Assembly: GCA_028716165.1 (NCBI GenBank)
Contig: JAQUQI010000001.1
Span: 50,458 to 114,457, forward strand
Length of the DNA: 64,000 nt
Direction of reading: 5' to 3'
Source: Candidatus Omnitrophota bacterium
GTDB taxonomy: Bacteria; Omnitrophota; Gorgyraeia; JABMRG01
A program made the translations under genes and the position numbers. The notes beneath the pieces are model-generated. The model saw only the letters and a list, made by a program, of their open reading frames with translations, was not told the origin of the DNA and did not search any database. Of this stretch, positions 51,483-60,258 are shown one piece after another. How positions within the stretch are numbered: the stretch's first letter is position 1; each line of letters opens with the position of its first letter.

Positions 51483-54398
51483 TTAAAACAGGGTGCCCTG
51501 AATCATATTCTTGGTTATCTTTAGATAATTAAAAATCTCAAGAATGTTGGCTCCCTGATCCCGCATGCTATAGAACGTATTTTCGCCCACCAGCACATAT
51601 TCCCACTCCGCACCCATCCGGTCCTCCGGCTTCAGCTGATTGATCCTCTCGACCCAGTCGATGGTTGCCAGCTGCTTGAGCTTTACGTTTTCAACCGAAA
51701 TCTTATCCTGCCCCTTGGTTTCGACGATATAACTCCTGCCCTTGGTCTTTACTATGAAATCGGGAGAATAAGACGCCAGCATCCCATCGGATCGCACGTA
51801 ATTGATGCGGGCGAAATAGTGATAATTTTCATTAACCTTAACGAACGCCTCTACGTTGGTATCGCTATCGCAAAACTCCATAAAGGCTTTTTCCAGCCCG
51901 CCTTTATTCGAAGGATATGACTGCTTCTCATAAATCGTTTTGACAATATCAAGGCAATACTTCTCTCTCATTCTCAACGTCGCGATTTCCGAGAAGTGCC
52001 GCTTGATAATCGTTGCCTCGGAAATATCAATATTATTCTGCAGTTCAAAAATTGCCTTGCTTATCTGTTTGATAATATGTTCCACAATGCCGGTTTGCGA
52101 AAGCAATAATACGCGCCAATTATTCTCAAAAAAAGGGTCGAACTCCTGCTTGAATAACTTTTCCCGGACAAATTTATCAATCGCCCTGGCAACCTCGACC
52201 TGATTAACCTGCATAGAGGGATATTCTTTTGTCTTGCGCGCGCTTACCTTAACAATCATTGTAGAAACAGCATTAACGATCTTCCCGATAAACTCGTTAT
52301 AGCTCTTTGAATTAAAAACGTCTGCCTTGACCTCATAATCACCGAAGCGGGTCTTGACCGTCATCTCTTCGGAGTAAAAGATATCGCCGCCCTTAGGCAC
52401 CATCTTTTTGAGCTGTTCCAACCCATAAAAATCGAACGATGCCAGTTTGTCAGCGTCGATCTCCGTAGGCATAAGGTTCTCTTCCCGGTCAATAAGAATA
52501 ATCGGGAAATACAAATCGTAGTCCTTGTAATTGCTCTTGAGCCCTACGTTTATGATGTCGCCCAGGACATCCGTTCTGTCTTTGGGTTCGGTCTCGATCA
52601 CTGGCGCCTCTTTGATTAACTCATCATAAAATTCTATGAATGCCGGATGCTCAATAATACTTAAAATATCCATGCAATTCTTAGGCTCTTGTTTCTTCTG
52701 AAGAAGAGCAGTTCTATTTTCGTCCTTGCTTTCCTGATATTCCGGCTCGCGCCACATAAGCCGTAGGCCCCGCCCAATAACCTGCTCAAGAAGAATAGGC
52801 GCCTGGCTTGAGCGCAAAGGCACGGTAACGCAAATATTGTTGATATCAAACCCCTCACGTAACATCAAAACCGAAATAATCACTTTCGGCTGAGGATGCT
52901 TGTCCACATTAAAAAGCCGCTGCTTCAGCTGAAACCACTCATCCTGCGGCACGGACCCTTTTTTATCAGAGTCGATCTGCGCTACGTCCTTTTCATCCAG
53001 GCCCTCGTACTTTGTCAGATACTCCACGACATGCGGCGTAACTTTAGTATCCTCGCAAACAACGAACATCTTGGGATATTTTGAACATTCGGCCCCATCT
53101 GTTAACGAGGTAAAATGTTCCTCCAGTTTTTTAAGCTTGGCTAAACCCGCCCTCAGCATTGTCTTTTGTCCATTAGATAATCCTACGACCTCCCGACCGT
53201 CACGCTCCGCCTTGAAATCCAAAGGCAACGAGGCAATCTCCTTGCGACGGTCAAGCGCTATGGTCTTGACAAGGCCCATGTGGATTGCCGTACGAAGGTC
53301 GAAATCAATCACTATGTGTGGGAAATAGTGCTTCGTTCTTTTCTGACCGCTCCCGGTCACATCATATGGTGTAGCTGAAAAGTCTATCTGGATAAATTTC
53401 GATCCTTTGTCTGAACTGATATAAGAAAGGCTTCGCTGCCACTCAACCTCCTGAATATCGCCATACGTCTTGTTCTCATGGATATGGTGGGCTTCATCAT
53501 TGATAACAACTAAATCTTTTAACCTCTTCAAAAACTCAAGCTCATTGCCTTTAAGATACTGATTGTCCAGCGTCTCCAAGGAATGACCTGCGGATATTCC
53601 CGGCCGTATCGGCAGAATATCATCAACGATTTTGCTCGGATCTTCTAATGGTGAAATCTCGACAGATTCTTCATCATCAAGGCCTGACAGCAAATGCCAG
53701 TTTGTTATGGCGATAAGGCCGTCGCCCGTAACTTTTCTGCCGATTTCTTCCTTCCTGCAAACACTGCTCTGGATAAAGCCAAAAATCTCCTCGCTAAACC
53801 AGGGAGGAATAAATAAGGCCTCGTACTGCTTGAAGTCCGAAGATAAGAAACTACGCTGCCCTTCCTCATCCTCCTTGCCCAGATACGCATCCAATAGCCG
53901 CTCGTAAACAATCAGCCCCGGAGCCACAAGAAGAAAATTCTTGGAATACCAGCCGCTTAGCGCTTCTTCATGTTTCGCGTTTAGATACTGCCAAATGAGA
54001 AGCGCGTGCATTACCCAGGTTTTTCCGGTTCCGGTAGCCATTTTCATCGCGTACTTGGGATGCTGATATTTTGCCTTTTTAAGCTCGACCTTGTCCATCT
54101 CGGCAAGTATCTCGTCATCCACAAGGGAATACATATCAAAGACCGTTGCGGGCTTCAAAACCTCATGCACATAAATGGTATTCATGATGGCCTGCTTCTG
54201 GCCGATATGAAAGTTGATATTGCGGTTCTCGCAGAAATTATCCTCAAACCAGAACCGTAAGAGATCCCTGGTTACGGGGGTGAATTTTTCGATAAAAGCA
54301 GGGTCCTTAAGATTGAACTGGCTGTTAATGCTATCGGTAAGCCTTCTGGCAAAACGAAGCGGGATGTCCCGGGTGCCGATGTTAAGAGGCGTGGGCAT
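51483..54398 (-). CDS. res: Type III restriction enzyme, Res subunit (SF2 helicase-nuclease)
   Basis: Walker A TGTGKT and DEAH box VINDEAHH. 971 aa. Its start overlaps the mod stop. Confidence 0.8.
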   Translation of the reverse strand: MPTPLNIGTRDIPLRFARRLTDSINSQFNLKDPAFIEKFTPVTRDLLRFWFEDNFCENRNINFHIGQKQAIMNTIYVHEVLKPATVFDMYSLVDDEILAEMDKVELKKAKYQHPKYAMKMATGTGKTWVMHALLIWQYLNAKHEEALSGWYSKNFLLVAPGLIVYERLLDAYLGKEDEEGQRSFLSSDFKQYEALFIPPWFSEEIFGFIQSSVCRKEEIGRKVTGDGLIAITNWHLLSGLDDEESVEISPLEDPSKIVDDILPIRPGISAGHSLETLDNQYLKGNELEFLKRLKDLVVINDEAHHIHENKTYGDIQEVEWQRSLSYISSDKGSKFIQIDFSATPYDVTGSGQKRTKHYFPHIVIDFDLRTAIHMGLVKTIALDRRKEIASLPLDFKAERDGREVVGLSNGQKTMLRAGLAKLKKLEEHFTSLTDGAECSKYPKMFVVCEDTKVTPHVVEYLTKYEGLDEKDVAQIDSDKKGSVPQDEWFQLKQRLFNVDKHPQPKVIISVLMLREGFDINNICVTVPLRSSQAPILLEQVIGRGLRLMWREPEYQESKDENRTALLQKKQEPKNCMDILSIIEHPAFIEFYDELIKEAPVIETEPKDRTDVLGDIINVGLKSNYKDYDLYFPIILIDREENLMPTEIDADKLASFDFYGLEQLKKMVPKGGDIFYSEEMTVKTRFGDYEVKADVFNSKSYNEFIGKIVNAVSTMIVKVSARKTKEYPSMQVNQVEVARAIDKFVREKLFKQEFDPFFENNWRVLLLSQTGIVEHIIKQISKAIFELQNNIDISEATIIKRHFSEIATLRMREKYCLDIVKTIYEKQSYPSNKGGLEKAFMEFCDSDTNVEAFVKVNENYHYFARINYVRSDGMLASYSPDFIVKTKGRSYIVETKGQDKISVENVKLKQLATIDWVERINQLKPEDRMGAEWEYVLVGENTFYSMRDQGANILEIFNYLKITKNMIQGTLF

Positions 54399-56305
54399 TA
54401 CTTCACCTCCTCGATAACCGCGCTTTCAAAGCCAAAGACATCAACGGCTTTTATGCAAACCCTGCGCTTATGTTTCAGTTTCGGGACGCGCAGTTTGGTG
54501 TTTCTTACCACGCGCATCGGGTCATCATCCACCTCGGTATTGCCGCGATAATCCTGCCACTTGCTCCTAAAAACCTCTCCGTCATAATCCGGGTCTATAC
54601 TCCAATACTCGATCAGGGCCAGGGGATCCCTGGCGATTATTTCCTGCAATTTCTCCTTGTCTTTCTCCTCAAGCGGCAGCGCATCCGGAGAAAGAAGCAC
54701 ATAATTATCAAGCTTGACGGAAATTTCCTCTTCTTCCTTATTGAGCTCTTCCATATGAACCGGCTTAACGGAAAGATACTGCAGTGATGAAAAGCGTATT
54801 TTCCCACCCTTGATTAATTTCTGGTATGATGACTTGGTTTTAAGCCTATCAAGTAAATCTGGAGGAATAACAAGCACTTCAATATGCGGGTCATTAAGAT
54901 TTGCTATAACCTGCCCGATATCGGTTACGAAATTCCATCCCAGCACCACGACCTTCTTCCATCCGCCCATAAAGCTTGCGCGCAATTCCTGTGCCCTCTT
55001 AAGCGTTCCATAGCCGGTTAGCTTTGATGGCGAATCTACCATTACAAGCGTCCGGGACTCCTTAATGTATCCCAGGTTTCTCTGGGTAGGCTCTACATCC
55101 GAGAAGGGAATGGCACCATATAGATTGAGTACCACATGAGCAAGGTCGCTTACACGTCGGAACTCGCTTTTTTCGAATTGCTCTTTCTGGTAATCGCCAA
55201 TGCATTGGTATAAGAATGGTTTTGCGTCTTGATCAATAAGGCGTTTCCGCATAACCATACAGGATGGCTTGCCAATATCAACCGTAATCCAACGTCGCCC
55301 AAGTTTTTCTGCAACAGATCCAGTCGTTCCTGACCCGGCAAAGAAATCCGCGATAATCGAACCTTCTTTTGATGATGCTTTAATTATTCTTTCCAATAGC
55401 CTCTCGGGTTTTTGTGTTTGAAATCCTAAGTGCTCTGGTAATGCATGAAAAACTTGAACTATATTATTTTCTTTTCTATCAATCCATGTCCATACATCAT
55501 CGGCTTTTCTTCCTTCATCTGCATAATAACGCGTTGCGTTATTATTGCCTGACATCCGATATTTTCTACCCTTCTCATCTGTAAAAGGATAGATAGATTC
55601 ATCCTTAACCATTAGACGAATTTCGTTAAAAACATTCTCCGTTCCTTTACAATAAAATAATAGATTATCATGTTTTTTCGCAAATCCATTTTGAGGAGCT
55701 GTTCCTGCCTGATAGTGCCAAATAATTTCATTTCTAAAATTATTTTTCCCAAAAATATCATCCATCAATACTTTTACATAGTGCCCAACATGCCAATCTA
55801 AATGAACATATATTGAACCTTGCTCCGATAAAAGTTCTCGCATCAAGCAAATCCTCGGATAAAGCATCTTAAGATAACTCGCCGTTCCATCCTTCCAAGT
55901 ATCAGAATACGCAAATTGTTCAATGACTGTTGGCTTTTGTTCAATATCGCCGTTAGGCAAGGTAATTTTTGTGCGATAATCAGCTTTGGAATCAAACGGC
56001 GGGTCAATATAAATAAGATCTATTTTGCCGCGCATAGAGGGAAAGGCGGTTGACGGATCACCCGAGAGAAGTGCCTGCATCACTAAAAGATTATCGCCGT
56101 AAATCAAACGATTAAACCACTCCTTTTTATCAATCTCCCTGACGGCACCGCGGAAGAGTCCAGAACGCTCTTTGGACGGCAAAACATATTCATTTGTCTG
56201 CAAAACAATTCTTTCCTTTTCGGAAAGCTCGTTTAAAATCCTCTCCGCCTCCTTTTTTCCTTCGGCTACAATTTTTGGCAGTTGTTCAATTAATGATTCA
56301 GGCAT
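54398..56305 (-). CDS. mod: Type III R-M DNA methyltransferase, Mod subunit
   Basis: DPPF motif (IYIDPPFDSKADY) and a SAM-binding region (FFAGSGTTG). Confidence 0.8.
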   Translation of the reverse strand: MPESLIEQLPKIVAEGKKEAERILNELSEKERIVLQTNEYVLPSKERSGLFRGAVREIDKKEWFNRLIYGDNLLVMQALLSGDPSTAFPSMRGKIDLIYIDPPFDSKADYRTKITLPNGDIEQKPTVIEQFAYSDTWKDGTASYLKMLYPRICLMRELLSEQGSIYVHLDWHVGHYVKVLMDDIFGKNNFRNEIIWHYQAGTAPQNGFAKKHDNLLFYCKGTENVFNEIRLMVKDESIYPFTDEKGRKYRMSGNNNATRYYADEGRKADDVWTWIDRKENNIVQVFHALPEHLGFQTQKPERLLERIIKASSKEGSIIADFFAGSGTTGSVAEKLGRRWITVDIGKPSCMVMRKRLIDQDAKPFLYQCIGDYQKEQFEKSEFRRVSDLAHVVLNLYGAIPFSDVEPTQRNLGYIKESRTLVMVDSPSKLTGYGTLKRAQELRASFMGGWKKVVVLGWNFVTDIGQVIANLNDPHIEVLVIPPDLLDRLKTKSSYQKLIKGGKIRFSSLQYLSVKPVHMEELNKEEEEISVKLDNYVLLSPDALPLEEKDKEKLQEIIARDPLALIEYWSIDPDYDGEVFRSKWQDYRGNTEVDDDPMRVVRNTKLRVPKLKHKRRVCIKAVDVFGFESAVIEEVK

Positions 56306-56484
56306 TATCTCTCCCTTTTATTTTTATCTTTCTGCATCGCCTGGTTAATAAATCCCCTGATGATAGACACAACGGATGCGTTCTTATTTTGCTTCTGCAA
56401 CTCGAGGGCTTTTTCTTTCAGAAAAAAATACTGGTCTTGCGTGATTTCAATTGTCGTTTTCTTTATGCGTTTATTGGCAGGCAT
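56305..56484 (-). CDS. small ribbon-helix-helix-like protein, candidate controller of the Type III R-M operon
   Basis: 59-codon ORF (MPANKRIKKTTIEITQDQYFFLKEKALELQ...). Its stop overlaps the mod ATG (TAATG). Shorter than the ORF-track cutoff. Confidence 0.35.
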   Translation of the reverse strand: MPANKRIKKTTIEITQDQYFFLKEKALELQKQNKNASVVSIIRGFINQAMQKDKNKRER

Positions 56485-56559
56485 GTTTCGCTCCTTGATT
56501 GTTGCTTGACTATTTTACCCGTATACCCATATTTATGGATTATAGCACAATACATTGCT

Positions 56560-57290
56560 TTTGGAAACAAAAAAACCTCTAAGGGACAAGTAATCACACA
56601 AAGGGCGTTGCGGAAGCCCAAAGGGCTGAAGCCGCCCGGCTGTGACTGTTGGGCGGAGTTTTTTAAAATCCAAATATTCATCAAAGCAACGCGAACCCGA
56701 AGGGCAAAAGTCTTTCCGCCGAAGGCGGAATGTCTTTTGGCGGTGCGATCTGTTCTGGTTTTTTGAAAAAAAGACAGAAGTGTTGATGAATATTTGATAC
56801 AAGGTTTCTTTTCCTTTTTGGGGAAAAGTAGGCTTTGAGCGCAGGCAACGGAAGCCCGAAGGGCTGAAGTCCGAGCACAAAGACTGCTTTAGGTGGGTGG
56901 GGTATATAGAACCACCTCTGTTACCAAGATAGATTCGGCTTTGCCCCGACAAGCGATGTCCCGAAATGAATACGGGACAATCGCGCAGGCGGGGCGCGGA
57001 CGAAACCGAACAAAAACACCTTTTATAAATTTTTCGCGGCCGCCGATATAAAAAAGGAATAATTTAAGAGAATTTTTGCGAGGTTGAGGACGCTAAAGTG
57101 TTTGGCGAATTTTGGGTGGGGGCAAAATTCGCCAAACACGAAAAGCCGAATCGAACCCTTGCATAGGAAATGCTGGCGGTGCATCATTACCCCTTACATT
57201 GCCGTTAACTCAACTTGAAAAGCCGTAAAAAAGAACGGTTTAGCGAACTTGTAAAGAACAAACCAAGGGTCAGCCGAAAGTCCTCAGAAA
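56560..57290. repeat. mosaic repeat B (~0.7 kb, non-coding), partner of repeat A
   Basis: See repeat A. It contains two copies (56603-56639, 56843-56880) of a hairpin motif also present at 45901-45936. Confidence 0.8.
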
Positions 57291-57393
57291 AACTCGCTTT
57301 TTTGTATCAGTTTTATTCGTCATAAATTATGAAATATCTTTAGTCGTATATAAATCCCAATTTAGTCATGGTCGTTCATCGGTTCTATTAGCG

Positions 57394-58041
57394 TTAAATT
57401 TCTTTATTGATGTGGTAGTACGAAAATAATTTCCTATTTTTGTCTTTTGGTTCAAATAGTACGAGCATTGAATCATTGCAAGGGCCGAGTATGCCATTAA
57501 TCGAAGTGCAAGGTTTGTATAAAATGCCATCAAAGCCCATATTAAGTAGATATTCTGCAAATTCACCACTTTTTTTATATGACTGTTCGTTTCTTTGAAA
57601 CAAAATATCGAGCGCACTTTGATTTTGAATATCTTTATCAAAGTTAAATATTTTAGCAGATTGGTTAATCTTGAAAGCACCTTTGATTTCCTGTATTGGT
57701 TCTGGAGATGCAATCTGACTTGTCATTCTAGGCCATAAGTCTTGATTAAAATCAGGTTTATTATTATCAACTTTATAGTTCTTGAAATATTCTCCTATTT
57801 CAAAATCGATACGAGCGCAATCTTTAGCAAGATAACATACAGCTTGTTCTTTCGGAGCAAATCGAGTCTTCTTAGAATCTCTTTTAAAGTAAGGCTTCCA
57901 GTTTTTTGATGTTGTTCCACTATACCATTGAGAAACATAAACATGATCATTATGGCCTAATACATATTCTTTAAGATTTGATTCAATAAAAATTTCTTTG
58001 AATTGTGAGTTTTTCATGCTTGTAATCTTATTTGATAACAT
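57394..58041 (-). CDS. RES-domain protein (putative NAD+-targeting toxin)
   Basis: TRFAPKEQAVCYLAKDCARIDFEI (R, E) and GFDGILYKPCTSING...SMLVLFEP (S) resemble the RES domain's three conserved regions. Start taken as ATG at 58041, which lies inside repeat copy 2. Confidence 0.4.
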   Translation of the reverse strand: MLSNKITSMKNSQFKEIFIESNLKEYVLGHNDHVYVSQWYSGTTSKNWKPYFKRDSKKTRFAPKEQAVCYLAKDCARIDFEIGEYFKNYKVDNNKPDFNQDLWPRMTSQIASPEPIQEIKGAFKINQSAKIFNFDKDIQNQSALDILFQRNEQSYKKSGEFAEYLLNMGFDGILYKPCTSINGILGPCNDSMLVLFEPKDKNRKLFSYYHINKEI

Positions 58042-58152
58042 ACGTGGACGTCCTATTTGGTAACACCCTACATATGGCGGGGCGCTAAAAGTAAGAAGTT
58101 TTTTATATCTATTTGGCAGGGCGTAACTAAATAGGACGCCTGCTGATACCTC
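58036..58152. repeat. copy 2 of the ~118-bp repeat
   Basis: Alignment to the 44217-44334 copy. Confidence 0.85.
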
Positions 58153-58183
58153 TATTCTCATATTCACTGTTAAACGATTAATC

Positions 58184-59152
58184 TTATTTTTTTAAACGCT
58201 TCTCGATATCTAAAATGGTTGACCATTCTCGATCATCCAAACAATCAGGCTTTTCTAATGGTAATACTTGATTGCTAAAAATCATATTAAGCAAGCCAAA
58301 CAACTCGCTAAACTTGTATTGCTTAACAACTCTTTGGGCAGTATTTTTTAATGTTTCATAATCTTCTAGTTTCATCCACTGAGGCTTTTCAGCTTTAAGA
58401 AAGTCTATAGCAGATACATAATCGAAGCGACTTTCGGTATTTTGAAACATTACCCTGTAAGCCTCATCTCTCAACTCACGCTTATCTGCCTCTTTGTGTA
58501 AGATTTCATCTAATTTAACTTCTGTCAAATACACAAAAGGTTTCTTTTTGGATATTATTTCACGATAACTTTTAAATTCTGATTTCCCCGTCCAGTAACC
58601 TCTAAGAAATGAACAAATGAGAATAAATAATATATGTATAAGATAAATAACTGATAATAAAAGGATAGACAAAATAGTAGATGAATTTGACTGCGAAAGA
58701 GCTGGTTTACACAAACCATTCTGGTCAGCTATAGTAATATTTTCATCCTGAACATCTGCACCAATTGAGCTAAATATCAGAGTAAAATTACCATCCGGCG
58801 GAAGTTCAGGGTACAGTAAACTGAATTCTGCATCTTTCTTAATTATTTCAGGTTTGTCGGAAGCAAAATTTCTATTAACATCATATTTAATAACTTTTCG
58901 CTTAATAGTTACGCGAACATTTTCTGCTTTTAAGTTACCTAAGTTTTTAATGACTAGCTCTTGGGCAATTACTTTCGCATCTTCTGGTTTAATAGTCTCG
59001 CCCTGAAATGAAGTAATTGATATGCCTTTGGACAAAGTATAACTAACATTGGGTGACTTTTTGTTTAACGCAAATGACAAAATGACAGCGATTAAAGGAA
59101 CTATAATACTTATATTTTTCACAATTTTCATATAACCCTCCTCAAAAATCAT
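58184..59152 (-). CDS. hypothetical membrane protein
   Basis: 322 aa with an N-terminal signal/TM segment and an internal TM. A GAGGAGGG ribosome-binding site precedes an internal ATG (MKIVKNI). Confidence 0.4.
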   Translation of the reverse strand: MIFEEGYMKIVKNISIIVPLIAVILSFALNKKSPNVSYTLSKGISITSFQGETIKPEDAKVIAQELVIKNLGNLKAENVRVTIKRKVIKYDVNRNFASDKPEIIKKDAEFSLLYPELPPDGNFTLIFSSIGADVQDENITIADQNGLCKPALSQSNSSTILSILLLSVIYLIHILFILICSFLRGYWTGKSEFKSYREIISKKKPFVYLTEVKLDEILHKEADKRELRDEAYRVMFQNTESRFDYVSAIDFLKAEKPQWMKLEDYETLKNTAQRVVKQYKFSELFGLLNMIFSNQVLPLEKPDCLDDREWSTILDIEKRLKK

Positions 59153-59219
59153 ACTAAATCATTCATCCATTTTTTTATCTTTCCGATATCAACATCCGTG
59201 AACACAGGATAATTTCTAT

Positions 59220-59335
59220 TAACATACGTAGACATCCTATTTGGTGACACCCTACATATAGCGGGGCGCTAAAAGTAAGGTGTTTTTTATATCCATTTGG
59301 CAGAGTGTAACTAAATAGGACGCCTGCTGATATCT
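59220..59335. repeat. copy 3 of the ~118-bp repeat
   Basis: Alignment to the other copies. Confidence 0.85.
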
Positions 59336-59370
59336 GCAAATCCTTTTTTAAAACCGTTCATTGGCACCCC

Positions 59371-59583
59371 CTATTCGTTACCTTGAATATTTAAACTTTT
59401 AATTTCTTCCAACCCTATGTTTTTATATTCTTCGGGAAGAATCAAATGTTCTGCATTTAAAACAACTATATTTTTGATTATCTGGCCGGACTTTAACACA
59501 ATATCTACTTTTTGATACCCCATGCCGGTTTCTGGGTATTTAAGTAAATATTCAGTCCAGTATTTATTTAGTTTCAGTTTCAT
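59371..59583 (-). CDS. small protein paralogous to the N-terminal domain of the adjacent TNT-like protein
   Basis: 70 aa sharing the PETGMGYQ motif and flanking residues with residues 1-60 of 59584..60246. Confidence 0.4.
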   Translation of the reverse strand: MKLKLNKYWTEYLLKYPETGMGYQKVDIVLKSGQIIKNIVVLNAEHLILPEEYKNIGLEEIKSLNIQGNE

Positions 59584-60246
59584 TTAATTCGCTGGGATTG
59601 TATTGGGTCCAGTTACAGTCTTTTTGGGAGATCCATTTTCAAATAACACCTCTACTCCACCACCAGGTTTTCCATTCGCTGGTTCTACAACTCCAACTCG
59701 AACAGACGTTTTTTCAGGAGGCTGAATAGTAAAAACATAAATTGCAGGCTCATCACTAGGCAAGGCATATCTGTTCATTGCATCACTTCCCGTTCTAACA
59801 TTTCGAGCATCTGCTTCTGTAGTTGCATAAGCTCCGGGTAGTAAACTGCCATCCTCCCCAATACGACGGTCATTCCTATAGGGTGAGAACCTTTTAAAAA
59901 CTTGATCTTTGCCTGTTAAAGAACTAGCGGCTTGACAAGCAGGCACTCCTGCAGATTTTGCAAAATGCCTAGTTTCTCCAAGTTGAAGTCGGCTTCGTCC
60001 AACAACTTTTAATGTTCGAATGTACCCAGGCCTTTCTGCTTCGTTAAGAATTGCTGAATATGTAAGAAATCGCCTACCCATAATTTTTTCAATTCTTTCT
60101 TCGGGAATAAAAACTTCTGAATTCAGCACTACGCCTTGCGAGGTAGATAAATTACTCATTGAGGCTTCGACATATTGATACCCCATCCCTGTCTCTGGTT
60201 GACTAACTAATTCTCGAATTTGTGTATCAGATAATTTGTACGGCAT
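59584..60246 (-). CDS. two-domain protein: N-terminal PETGMGYQ-motif domain + C-terminal TNT-like (NAD+ glycohydrolase toxin-like) domain
   Basis: The C-terminal region (YRNDRRIGEDGSLLPGAYATTEADARNVRTGSDAMNRYALP...GKPGGGVEVLF) resembles the TNT/DUF4237 pattern ending in G-Q-P-G-G-G. This is recalled from memory, not searched. Confidence 0.35.
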   Translation of the reverse strand: MPYKLSDTQIRELVSQPETGMGYQYVEASMSNLSTSQGVVLNSEVFIPEERIEKIMGRRFLTYSAILNEAERPGYIRTLKVVGRSRLQLGETRHFAKSAGVPACQAASSLTGKDQVFKRFSPYRNDRRIGEDGSLLPGAYATTEADARNVRTGSDAMNRYALPSDEPAIYVFTIQPPEKTSVRVGVVEPANGKPGGGVEVLFENGSPKKTVTGPNTIPAN

Positions 60247-60258
60247 ATCATCCCTCCT

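Noticed and set aside
57140-57180. tRNA-like GAATCGAACCC (reverse complement of a T-arm-like GGGTTCGATTC)
   Set aside because: The flanking sequence cannot form acceptor and anticodon stems. The match is part of the mosaic repeat shared with 45801-45830.
58042-58167. N-terminal 42 codons of the ORF-track 57394-58167 ORF
   Set aside because: This extension is translated from the 118-bp repeat. The conserved RES-like sequence begins after the ATG at 58041, which has an AGGA ribosome-binding site 9 nt upstream.
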